The translations under genes were made by a program, and so were the position numbers. A DNA stretch of 36,194 nt, taken from the NCBI GenBank assembly GCA_049578005.1, contig JBAULD010000067.1, forward strand, positions 1 through 36,194. The letters run 5' to 3'. Of this stretch, positions 7,247 to 15,494 are shown one piece after another (position 1 is the first letter of the stretch; every line of letters begins with the position of its first letter). Source of the DNA: Polyangiaceae bacterium. Lineage in GTDB: Bacteria; Myxococcota_A; Polyangia; Polyangiales; Polyangiaceae. The notes beneath the pieces were generated by a model. The model worked only from the letters and a program-made list of their open reading frames with translations, was not told the DNA's origin and made no database searches.

Positions 7247-9148
7247 CTACTCACTGCTTGCCGCTTGCTTGTTGCCGCCTGCTGCTTCTTGCTGCTTGCT
7301 TGACACCCGCCGGCCGCGGGTGGGAGCGCTCGGCGGGGGCTTCGAGGGGCCGGTCGCCCAGGTGCGCTCGGCACCCAACGCAAGCCAAGTCAACGGAAGC
7401 TGCGTAGCACCGACGTCCACGGAGGTGGCCGTGCCCTCGGCCCATTGCGAAGGGGCGGGGAGCGCGATCGATTTGTGTCCTTTGAGGCGTTTGGCGATCG
7501 CCGGGTCGATCCGAATGGCCGCCACGCCTGCGCCGCTCAGAAGCGCGACGAGGGCGCTTGGAATATAAGGGGCGAGCACCGCGCGAACGGTATGGGCAAT
7601 CTCCGGCGCGCGCTCGGCCAGGTCGCGCACTTCGTCGAGCGACGTGCAGACGACCGCAACGACGCCGTGTCCGTTGTGCGCCGCTAGTGCTGCAAGCGCC
7701 GGGCTATCCACGAGCTGGAGCGTCTGCGCGACGCGCCACGCGGTCCGCTCCGGATCGGTCTTACCGGCCGACGCCGACCCGGTTGCCGCGCCGCGTTCTC
7801 CTTTGCGAGCGATGAGGACGTCGTCGGTCGGTAGCACGCGAGGGACCGTCACTCGCACCGGACGCTTGAATGCGCGCGGATCACCGACCTCGCCGGTCGC
7901 GACCGCAAACGCCAGCGTCTCCGCCGATGCAACGAGTGCAGCGCGCCGACCAGAAAGGTGCGGTTCGGGGTCGCACGTGCGCAGTGCAGCCCCGGCGCGC
8001 GGCGGCGGATAGAGCTGGCCCGACGCAATCCGCGCGTCAGGCTCGACGATGCGCGCGCCGGTGGCGATGAGGTCCGTCAGAGCGCCCGCCCCCGCCAGCG
8101 CCTCGAGCATTTGCCTGGAAGGCACCGCCACCAAGAAGTCGAGTCGGGACGGGACCCGCTTGCTCTTGAGGAGGGTCGCCGCCGCCAGGAGGTCGCGAAG
8201 CGTGGTCCCGCCGTCCCCGCCGAGAAGCACCTGCGTCACGGGGCGACCCGCCAAATCGCGCACCGAACGTACGTGCGCCTGCTCGTCGAGGACGAGTGGA
8301 TCCACGGCGCCGAGGTCTAGGTTCACGACTTCTTCGCAGGGCGCCCCGGCGTCCGGAGCGAGTGCGCGGTGGGCTTTGGAGCGCCGCTGGTCGCGAAGGA
8401 AGACCTCGGTGCGCTCGTCGCTCACGAAGAGCGCGCCGGCCGCGCCGACTTGGGGCGCGAGCGCGGCGAGGACGGTCCGCTCCCCGACCGACAGCGCGCG
8501 AATGCTGGGACCGGCAAATTCGAGCACGACGGGCGCGCCGCGCGCCTCTTCCACACGCTGCACGATTGCAGGCAGACCCCTGCGCAGAAGCTCGAGCGCC
8601 ACGTCGCGGGCGCAAACGAAAGGCCGCAGACGCCCCGCGAGAAGCACCTGGATGCTCACGGGAGACCTCACGACGACGACACCGCGCGCAAGCGCGCTCG
8701 CCAGCGACGGCGTGGGCACGACGAGCGTGAGCATCCCGATGCCTCCCACTCCCGCCATGCGTGGCTCGTCGGTCACGCAGAGGCGCGCAGGACTTGCGAA
8801 GCGCTCGAGGTGGACGGGCCCCGGATACCCGACGCCCGCTCGTGCGACGAGAAGGCCGCGCGCGAGCATTTCCCCCGACATCGTCCGTGCGTCGTCGCCC
8901 GCCGTGTCGTCCGTCGCTCTTCCGCCGGAAGCGAGGCCCGGAGCAGGGCCGCCGGTGACGCAGTGGCCGTCGTACGCGATGGCCACTTCGGCGGACACCT
9001 TCTTCAAGCCCGCGGCGACGGCTTCGTCGAGGGCGCGCATCGGCGCACGTGCCAGCACGATTTGGTCGACGGCCACTTCCGCCATCTCGCCCGGTCCTGG
9101 CCGCGGGGAAGAGCCGCGCAGGCGCGCCGAGAGGATCTTCTGGGCCAT
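7247..9148 (-). CDS. Aconitase/IPM-isomerase-fold protein (fused large plus swivel domains) lacking Fe-S ligands
   Basis: The N-terminus MAQKILSARL...GEMAEVAVDQIVL resembles LeuC/aconitase. Fold landmarks are recognisable along the length, but ADSHT reads TDEPRM, GSCTNGR reads GGDGGTT, CGPCLG reads ARIASG, and SNRNFxGR reads CDPEPHLSGR. The C-terminal swivel-like part reads VLAPYIPSALVALLSGAGVAAIRIDP...LALGAERTWATG. An alternative ATG lies at 9181. Confidence 0.55.
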   Translation of the reverse strand: MAQKILSARLRGSSPRPGPGEMAEVAVDQIVLARAPMRALDEAVAAGLKKVSAEVAIAYDGHCVTGGPAPGLASGGRATDDTAGDDARTMSGEMLARGLLVARAGVGYPGPVHLERFASPARLCVTDEPRMAGVGGIGMLTLVVPTPSLASALARGVVVVRSPVSIQVLLAGRLRPFVCARDVALELLRRGLPAIVQRVEEARGAPVVLEFAGPSIRALSVGERTVLAALAPQVGAAGALFVSDERTEVFLRDQRRSKAHRALAPDAGAPCEEVVNLDLGAVDPLVLDEQAHVRSVRDLAGRPVTQVLLGGDGGTTLRDLLAAATLLKSKRVPSRLDFLVAVPSRQMLEALAGAGALTDLIATGARIVEPDARIASGQLYPPPRAGAALRTCDPEPHLSGRRAALVASAETLAFAVATGEVGDPRAFKRPVRVTVPRVLPTDDVLIARKGERGAATGSASAGKTDPERTAWRVAQTLQLVDSPALAALAAHNGHGVVAVVCTSLDEVRDLAERAPEIAHTVRAVLAPYIPSALVALLSGAGVAAIRIDPAIAKRLKGHKSIALPAPSQWAEGTATSVDVGATQLPLTWLALGAERTWATGPSKPPPSAPTRGRRVSSKQQEAAGGNKQAASSE

Positions 9149-9350
9149 CGTACGGGGCGGATCTCCGGCTCGTGCGCGCATCGTCTCCGTCCCGGCAAGA
9201 AGCGACTCCGGGGCGGGGAAAGTAAACCCCCCATCGTCGGAGGGTCAAGGCAGGGGCCCTTCGCGGCTCGAAACGTCGCGACTCCGACGCGAAACACACA
9301 CTCGACGTTGACCGGAGGGAGTGGGCCCCCCTACCCTCGTATCCAACGCC

Positions 9351-9710
9351 ATGTTTCGAGAGACGCTTCGCGATATCGTCGAAAAGACCGAGGGCGGGGT
9401 CGCTGGCCTCATCATGGACTCGGAAGGGATTCCGGTGGAGTCGTACGCGCTCGACGACGCGCCGTTCGATATCACGACGATCGGAATCGAATTCGGGGTC
9501 GTCCTCGGCTCGATCAAACGCGCTGCAGCTTCGCTCGAAGCGGGCGGTGCTCGAGAAGTCGCGATTGGTACCGACAAGATGATTGCCATCATTCGGACGC
9601 TGGGCGACTCGTACTTTCTCGCGGTCGCGATGCGGCCCGATGGAAACTTCGGGAAGGGGCGATACTTGATGCGCAGCGCCGCTCCGAAGCTCTTGGCCGA
9701 GCTGGAATGA
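9351..9710 (+). CDS. Roadblock/LC7 (MglB-like) domain protein
   Basis: 119 aa from the ATG at 9351: MFRETLRDIVEKTEGGVAGLIMDSEGIPVESYA...DKMIAIIRTLGDSYFLAVAMRPDGNFGKGRYLMRSAAPKL. Size and alpha-beta-alpha pattern are typical of Roadblock/LC7. Confidence 0.7.
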   Translation: MFRETLRDIVEKTEGGVAGLIMDSEGIPVESYALDDAPFDITTIGIEFGVVLGSIKRAAASLEAGGAREVAIGTDKMIAIIRTLGDSYFLAVAMRPDGNFGKGRYLMRSAAPKLLAELE

Positions 9711-10165
9711 CCGCCCGCCTGCGCGTTCTCTGCATCTCCGGACCCAATCTGCAGCTCCTCGGTACGCGCGAACCCTCGGTATACGGCCGCGAGACGCTGT
9801 CGGAGATCCACGCGCGCCTCGAGGCCCGCGCGCGCTCTCTCGATGTCGAAATCGATTCCCGGCAAACGAATCACGAAGGGACGATCCTCGACTGGATGGG
9901 GAGCGCGCCGCGCGACGGTTTCGCCGGGCTTATCGTCAATCCCGGGGCGTACACGCACACGTCGATCGCCCTCCTCGACGCGCTCCGATCGATCTCGCTG
10001 CCGTGCGTCGAAGTCCACCTGTCCAACCCCGACGCGCGCGAGCCGTTTCGCCGGCGCTCGTACGTGGCGCGCGCGTGCGTCGGGCGCGTGGCAGGCTTCG
10101 GACCCGATAGCTACGAGCTGGCGCTCGACGGACTCGTGCGTGTCCTGCGGCGTTCGAACGCGTGA
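9707..10165 (+). CDS. aroQ: 3-dehydroquinate dehydratase, type II
   Basis: MTARLRVLCISGPNLQLLGTREPSVYG...QTNHEGTILDW...IVNPGAYTHTSIAL...VEVHLSNP, the hallmark type II DHQase motifs. The ATG at 9707 overlaps the Roadblock stop (ATGA). Confidence 0.93.
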   Translation: MTARLRVLCISGPNLQLLGTREPSVYGRETLSEIHARLEARARSLDVEIDSRQTNHEGTILDWMGSAPRDGFAGLIVNPGAYTHTSIALLDALRSISLPCVEVHLSNPDAREPFRRRSYVARACVGRVAGFGPDSYELALDGLVRVLRRSNA

Positions 10166-10250
10166 AGGGCGAGCCTGCTAACCATCCGCTTCCCAGCCGA
10201 CGGCTTCGGGCCTAAGGTGCGGCGCGAACACGGGAACCCCAGCACGATCC

Positions 10251-10718
10251 ATGAGCCTCGACGTCGACCAGCTGCGGACACTATTCGATCTACTCGCCGA
10301 GAAAGACATCGCCGAGTTCGAGCACGAGGAAGCGGGAACACGGCTGCGCGTCACGCGCGCCGGAGTCCGCATCACCAGCCTGCCTGCGGGCGCGGGGCTC
10401 GCGTCGCCGATCGCGCAGTCGATCGTGCCGCCCGCCGGCGCGAGCGCCGGGGCGGACAGCGCGCCGGCGAACGGCGATTGGGTGGACGTGACGAGTCCCT
10501 TCGTCGGCAGCTTCTATCGCTCGCCGTCGCCCGACACGCCGGCCTTCGTGGAGGTCGGGTCGGTGGTCCGCGCGGGCCAGACGCTGTGCATCATCGAGGC
10601 GATGAAGTTGATGAACGAAATCGAGGCCGAGTGCTCGGGCACGGTGGTCGAAGTCTTCGCCCAGAACGGGAAAAGCGTGGAATACGGTCAAAAGCTCTTT
10701 CGCATCAAGAAGGCGTGA
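10251..10718 (+). CDS. accB: Acetyl-CoA carboxylase biotin carboxyl carrier protein
   Basis: 155 aa with a Pro/Ala linker and the biotinyl-lysine motif [15 protein letters not shown]. Confidence 0.93.
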   Translation: MSLDVDQLRTLFDLLAEKDIAEFEHEEAGTRLRVTRAGVRITSLPAGAGLASPIAQSIVPPAGASAGADSAPANGDWVDVTSPFVGSFYRSPSPDTPAFVEVGSVVRAGQTLCIIEAMKLMNEIEAECSGTVVEVFAQNGKSVEYGQKLFRIKKA

Positions 10719-10722
10719 GGGG

Positions 10723-12105
10723 GTGTTCAAGAAGATCCTCATCGCCAACCGCGGAGAGATTGCCATCCGCATTTTGCGCGCCTGCCGCGAGCTCGGCGTC
10801 AAGACGGTGGCCGTGCACTCCGAGGTGGACGCCCGTGCGCTCCATGTTCGGTTCGCCGACGAGGCCGTGTGCATCGGACCGGCGCCGGCGACCAAGAGCT
10901 ATTTGAACATCCCGGCGATCATCAGCGCGGCGGAGATTACGGGCGCCGACGCGATCCATCCGGGCTACGGGTTTCTCTCGGAGAACGCCGAGTTCGCGCG
11001 CATCTGCGCCAAGTGCGAAATTACGTTCATCGGCCCGACGCCCGAGGCCATGCGCGCCTGGGGGGACAAGGTCACGGCGAGAAAGAACGCCGATCGGTTC
11101 GGCCTCCCGCTTCTCCCCGGGAGCGCGGTCCTCGAAAGCGCCGAGGAGGCCATCCGCGAAGCCAAGCGAATCGGCTACCCCGTCATCCTCAAGGCGAGCG
11201 GCGGAGGGGGCGGGCGAGGCATGCGCGTCGTGCGAAGCGACGCAGAGATGCCCGACGCGTTCGCGAGCGCGCGGCGCGAGGCGGAATCGGGCTTCAAGAA
11301 CCCGGACGTCTACTGCGAAAAATTCGTGGAGCGGCCCCGGCACATCGAGTTTCAGGCGTTCGCCGACAACCATGGCAACGTATGGACGTTGGGTGAGCGC
11401 GAGTGCTCGCTCCAGCGGCGCCATCAAAAAGTGATCGAAGAAGCACCGAGTCCGGCGATGACCGCCGGCAAGCGACAGGAGATGGCGGAGGTCATCCGAA
11501 AGGCGCTGCGCGAAACCGGATACACGTCGCTCGGCACACTCGAGTTTCTCATGGACGAACGGCGGGATCTGTATTTCCTGGAGATGAACACCCGCGTTCA
11601 AGTCGAGCATCCGGTGACGGAAATGGTGACGGGCCTCGACCTCGTGGCGTGTCAGATTCGCGCGGCTGCAGGGGAAGCGATCGATCTGCCCGACACGAGC
11701 CCTTGGAGCTTCCGTGGTCACGCCATCGAATGTCGAATCAACGCCGAGGACCCCAAGACATTCGCACCTTGGCCCGGCCTCATCACCGAGTGGAATGCGC
11801 CCGGCGGGGCGGGGGTCCGGGTCGACTCGGGCGTCTACGGCGGTTGGCGTGTCCCGGCCGACTACGATTCACTGCTCGCGAAGCTCATCGTGCACGCGCC
11901 GACCCGTCCCGAGGCCATCATTCGCATGAGGCGAGCTCTCGATGAGTTCATCGTCGTCGGCATCCGGACGAACATCGATCTGCACAAGGCGCTCCTAGCC
12001 GACCGCGAAGTCATCGAGGGCACGATGACGACGCGCACCGTCGAACGCGTCATCGGCGCCAAGGGACACCACGGGCGCGGCGTTGCGGCCGGCGAGAGCG
12101 GTTGA
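10723..12105 (+). CDS. accC: Acetyl-CoA carboxylase biotin carboxylase subunit
   Basis: 460 aa with a GTG start. [24 protein letters not shown]..., [20 protein letters not shown] and [14 protein letters not shown] indicate the ATP-grasp biotin carboxylase. Confidence 0.97.
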   Translation: MFKKILIANRGEIAIRILRACRELGVKTVAVHSEVDARALHVRFADEAVCIGPAPATKSYLNIPAIISAAEITGADAIHPGYGFLSENAEFARICAKCEITFIGPTPEAMRAWGDKVTARKNADRFGLPLLPGSAVLESAEEAIREAKRIGYPVILKASGGGGGRGMRVVRSDAEMPDAFASARREAESGFKNPDVYCEKFVERPRHIEFQAFADNHGNVWTLGERECSLQRRHQKVIEEAPSPAMTAGKRQEMAEVIRKALRETGYTSLGTLEFLMDERRDLYFLEMNTRVQVEHPVTEMVTGLDLVACQIRAAAGEAIDLPDTSPWSFRGHAIECRINAEDPKTFAPWPGLITEWNAPGGAGVRVDSGVYGGWRVPADYDSLLAKLIVHAPTRPEAIIRMRRALDEFIVVGIRTNIDLHKALLADREVIEGTMTTRTVERVIGAKGHHGRGVAAGESG

Positions 12106-12731
12106 ACAGGACCCGCAATGCGCGTAAACGTCCTCCCGTGATCGTCGCGCGCCCCCTTCGTACGTGCGCGGTCTTCCTCGCCAGCGCGGCCATTGGCTGC
12201 GCAACGAGCGCCCCCAGCACGGGATACACGCCGCCGACCGGCATTTTCATTCCGGCCCAAACGATCGTCGCCGGCCACGGATGCGGGACCGGAACCGACC
12301 AAGTGTACAAGTACGCGGTGATCGTCTCGACGACGTCCGACGCGGGACCAGCGTTCGTCACCTCCGGCGTCTTCGACTGCTTCACCGACGGCGTATTCTC
12401 GAATCTTCCTTCTCCGGACGGGGGCAGCGTCGCCTTCGCCGTGTCGGTGTTGGCCTACAACCGCTCGTCGTTCCCAGACGCGCTTTTCTGCCCGCCGAAC
12501 ACGCTGCCGTGCCCCGGCGACGACGCGGGCGACGTGTTTCCGTGGAAAGCGGCGGCCAACTGGACCGCGACATGCACGGTGACCGAGATTCAGGGTGTTC
12601 CCTCGATCACGACATGCAGCGCTCTCGAGCCCAACGAGCCGACCGAAGCGGGCGTGGGCGACGCTGGCGCAGTGGAAGCCGGTGCAATCGACGCCGCGCC
12701 GAGTGCCGCTGACTCAAGCGCTACGGACTGA
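12102..12731 (+). CDS. Cys-rich secreted lipoprotein, unknown function
   Basis: 209-aa ORF. The TTG at 12102 overlaps the accC stop (TTGA), and an alternative GTG lies at 12138. The signal peptide has lipobox AAIGC. The mature part has six further Cys and an Ala/Asp/Gly-rich acidic tail. Confidence 0.5.
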   Translation: MNRTRNARKRPPVIVARPLRTCAVFLASAAIGCATSAPSTGYTPPTGIFIPAQTIVAGHGCGTGTDQVYKYAVIVSTTSDAGPAFVTSGVFDCFTDGVFSNLPSPDGGSVAFAVSVLAYNRSSFPDALFCPPNTLPCPGDDAGDVFPWKAAANWTATCTVTEIQGVPSITTCSALEPNEPTEAGVGDAGAVEAGAIDAAPSAADSSATD

Positions 12732-12785
12732 GGGCACCGTGAGCCACGTGCCTGGCGGCCACGCGCGTGCGACACTAAAAGTTGG

Positions 12786-13625
12786 ATGATGAACCGCCAG
12801 CAGGCGACCTTTGCGTTCCCCAAGCCGGGACCGGCGCTATGGGCCGTCCTCGGGGCAATGACTGCGCTCGGGGTGTTCAGCGCTTTCTTGGCCACCTGGG
12901 TCCCCGGCGGAGAACACGTTTTTCAGGCTCTCGAGTGCGACCTCGACCTCGCATTCCGGCAGCCCTGGCGACTGCTCACCTCGGGCTTGCTCACGAGCCC
13001 GGTGCAGTGGTCTCACCTCGTCTACTCGCTCGCAGGCGTCTACTTCCTCGGAGCGACGCTCGAACACCGCTGGGGCGCGTGGCGGTTCGCGCGGTTCTTC
13101 GGAATCGCCATCCTCTGCGGCAATCTAGCCACGATCGCGGCCGCGGCGATCATGCCGCCCGATGCGCAGGCGCGCTTTCATCCCGACCACGTCTTTGGCC
13201 CGATGGCGGCGATCACGGGCATCGCCGTCGCGTGGTCGCGCGAGTTTCGGGACTCGACGGTCAATCTCTTCTTGGTCCTGCCCGTGCGTGCGACCACCTT
13301 GCTCTGGGTGACGATCGGATTTTGCACGCTCGACTTGGTGTACCCTGCGGGAATTCCGGAGGGCGTAGTCGCGCCCTTCGGCGGCGTCGTAGCCGGGCTC
13401 TTATTCGGAGGCTCGCCTTCGCTCGCTCGCGCCACATGGCTGCGGTTGCGCCTGGCCGCTCTTCGCCGGCGTTCGTCCGGCGTGCGCGTGAACGACATTT
13501 TGTCCACGACGCCGACCAAGCGCCGCCCGCGTCCCGGCGCGCCCCCGCTTCGCATCGTCAGCGGCGGAATCGACGAAGCGCTGAAGAAGCGCACACCGCC
13601 GAAGGACAAGCGGTACCTGAACTAA
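12786..13625 (+). CDS. Rhomboid-fold membrane protein, apparently catalytically inactive
   Basis: 279 aa and polytopic. It has the rhomboid WR motif (RQPWRLLTSGLL), then SHLVYSLAGVYFLGATLEHRWG (cf. HxxxN...G..lE..G). The GxSG position reads GPMAA, and the AHxGG position reads APFGGVVAGLLFG. The cytoplasmic tail is basic. Confidence 0.6.
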   Translation: MMNRQQATFAFPKPGPALWAVLGAMTALGVFSAFLATWVPGGEHVFQALECDLDLAFRQPWRLLTSGLLTSPVQWSHLVYSLAGVYFLGATLEHRWGAWRFARFFGIAILCGNLATIAAAAIMPPDAQARFHPDHVFGPMAAITGIAVAWSREFRDSTVNLFLVLPVRATTLLWVTIGFCTLDLVYPAGIPEGVVAPFGGVVAGLLFGGSPSLARATWLRLRLAALRRRSSGVRVNDILSTTPTKRRPRPGAPPLRIVSGGIDEALKKRTPPKDKRYLN

Positions 13626-13722
13626 CCCCGTTCACGAGCGAGAGTTCGGGGAAGACCAGGAAGGCGGACCGACATTGACAGCCGGCGCGCGCGTCGCGGA
13701 AAGTGGCGCCAATCGCATCGCC

Positions 13723-14676
13723 ATGTGGACCCACCGTCATTTGCTGGGTATTGCGCAGCTCTCGCGCGACGACATTCTCCACGTGCTCGACGCGGCGCGG
13801 CGGTGGTTTTCCATGCCGCGCGACGAGGCGAAGAACGCGCGCGTGCTTCACGGGCGCTCCGTCGTCAACCTCTTCTTCGAGTCCTCGACGCGCACGCGCA
13901 CTTCGTTCGAAGCGGCGGCCAAGCGCCTCGGCGCCGACGTCGTCAACGTCACTCCCCAGACTTCGAGCATCACCAAGGGGGAAACCCTTCTCGATACGGT
14001 GCGTAACCTCGAAGCGCTCCGCGCAGACGCCATCGTGCTCCGGCACCCCGCGTCGGGGGCGCCTGACTTCGTGTCGGCCCACATCGGCGCGTCGATCGTG
14101 AACGCGGGGGACGGCTCGCACGAGCATCCTACGCAGGCCCTTCTCGACGCATTCACCATCGGTCGCAAGGGAAAGCGGTTCGAGGGGCTCGTCGTGGCCA
14201 TCTGTGGAGACATCCTTCACTCACGGGTCGCCCGCTCCAATGCCCTCTTGCTCGGCGCGCTCGGAGCGGAGGTTCGGCTCTGCGGACCGCGCACCCTCAT
14301 GCCGCGGGCGGCCGAAGCCCTCGGACCCACCGTGCGCGTCGTCGCTAGGCTGGAAGACGCGCTCGACCGCGCCGACGTCGTCATGACATTGCGCATCCAG
14401 ACCGAGCGGCTCGCGGGAGCGATGATCCCCAGCACTCGCGAGTATGCCCGCACCTTCGGACTGAACGACCGCGTGATGGGTCGCGCCAAGCCAGACGCGA
14501 TCGTCATGCACCCGGGGCCGATCAACCGAGGCGTCGAGATCGCCTCGTCGGTTGCGGACGGCCCGCAGAGCGTCATCCTCGACCAAGTCGAGGCGGGGAT
14601 CGCGGTGCGCATGGCCGTACTCGACCTCGTGATCGGGGCGGGCGACGCCCGACGCGCCCGGGGCATGAGCCGTTGA
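13723..14676 (+). CDS. pyrB: Aspartate carbamoyltransferase catalytic subunit
   Basis: MWTHRHLLGIAQLSRDDILHVLD...NLFFESSTRTRTSFE...HPTQALLD...HPGPINRG. The ATG at 13723 is preferred over the TTG at 13675. Confidence 0.93.
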   Translation: MWTHRHLLGIAQLSRDDILHVLDAARRWFSMPRDEAKNARVLHGRSVVNLFFESSTRTRTSFEAAAKRLGADVVNVTPQTSSITKGETLLDTVRNLEALRADAIVLRHPASGAPDFVSAHIGASIVNAGDGSHEHPTQALLDAFTIGRKGKRFEGLVVAICGDILHSRVARSNALLLGALGAEVRLCGPRTLMPRAAEALGPTVRVVARLEDALDRADVVMTLRIQTERLAGAMIPSTREYARTFGLNDRVMGRAKPDAIVMHPGPINRGVEIASSVADGPQSVILDQVEAGIAVRMAVLDLVIGAGDARRARGMSR

Positions 14677-15494
14677 CGGCCGTCGACACCGATGCCCCGC
14701 TGGGCGTTTTCGACTCCGGTCTCGGCGGCCTCACGGTGGTGCGTGCGCTGCGCGAGGCCTTGCCCTCGGAGAACATCGTGTACTTGGGAGACACCGCCCG
14801 GGTGCCGTACGGGACCAAGGGCGCGACCACCGTGATCAAGTACGCACTCGGGTGCGCGCGGCATCTCGTTGCGCGCAAGGTCAAGGCAATCGTCGTCGCA
14901 TGCAACACGGTGAGCGCGGTTGCGCCCGAGCGGCTCCGGGTCGAACTCGACATCCCGGTGCTCGGCGTCATCGAGCCCGGGGCACGGGCCGCCGTCGCCG
15001 CGACGCGCACGGGGCGCATCGGCGTTCTTGCAACGGCCGGGACCATCGCGTCGGGGGCGTATCCCCGGGCCGTGGCGCAGGTGTCGACTCGCGCCGAAGT
15101 CATCGGGCAAGCGGCGCCCCTGCTCGTTCCACTCGCCGAGGAGGGCTGGACGGCGGGTGACGTGCCGCGGCTCGTGGTGCGCCGGTACATCGAGCCGCTG
15201 GCGCTCGCGAGAGCAGACGTCGTCCTGCTCGGGTGCACCCACTATCCGCTCTTGCGCGAAGTCATCGAGGCCGAGGTGCGCGCGCGCATCGGCCCGGACG
15301 TCACGGTCGTGGACAGCGCGACCGCGATGGCCGCCGGCGTCCGCGCTTTCCTCGAGGCGCGAGGGATGGCTCGCCAATCGGAGGGCAAGGCGGTGGTCCA
15401 GCTGCTCGTGACCGACCTTCCCCGGACGTTTCGGGAGACTGCAGCCCGCTTCCTCGGAGGAGAGGTCGGCGAAGTCGAGCAGGTCGACCTATAG
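14673..15494 (+). CDS. murI: Glutamate racemase
   Basis: LGVFDSGLGGLTVVRAL...IVVACNTVSAV...LGCTHYPLL, with both catalytic Cys motifs. The TTG start at 14673 overlaps the pyrB stop (TTGA). Confidence 0.92.
   Translation: MTAVDTDAPLGVFDSGLGGLTVVRALREALPSENIVYLGDTARVPYGTKGATTVIKYALGCARHLVARKVKAIVVACNTVSAVAPERLRVELDIPVLGVIEPGARAAVAATRTGRIGVLATAGTIASGAYPRAVAQVSTRAEVIGQAAPLLVPLAEEGWTAGDVPRLVVRRYIEPLALARADVVLLGCTHYPLLREVIEAEVRARIGPDVTVVDSATAMAAGVRAFLEARGMARQSEGKAVVQLLVTDLPRTFRETAARFLGGEVGEVEQVDL

Noticed and set aside
9202-9286. 9-nt direct repeat GCGACTCCG (9202..9210 and 9278..9286) in the aconitase-like / Roadblock divergent region
   Set aside because: A single 9-mer repeated once in GC-rich DNA can plausibly arise by chance, and I could see no further copies or symmetry. 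It is only worth revisiting if comparative data show conservation.
8037-9706. 420-aa ORFs on both strands (8037..9299 -, 8049..9311 +) and the 5' part of ORF 8369..10165 (+)
   Set aside because: They overlap the aconitase-like gene in other frames with Arg-rich composition. In ORF 8369..10165, only the last 152 codons (from the ATG at 9707) are real and encode aroQ.
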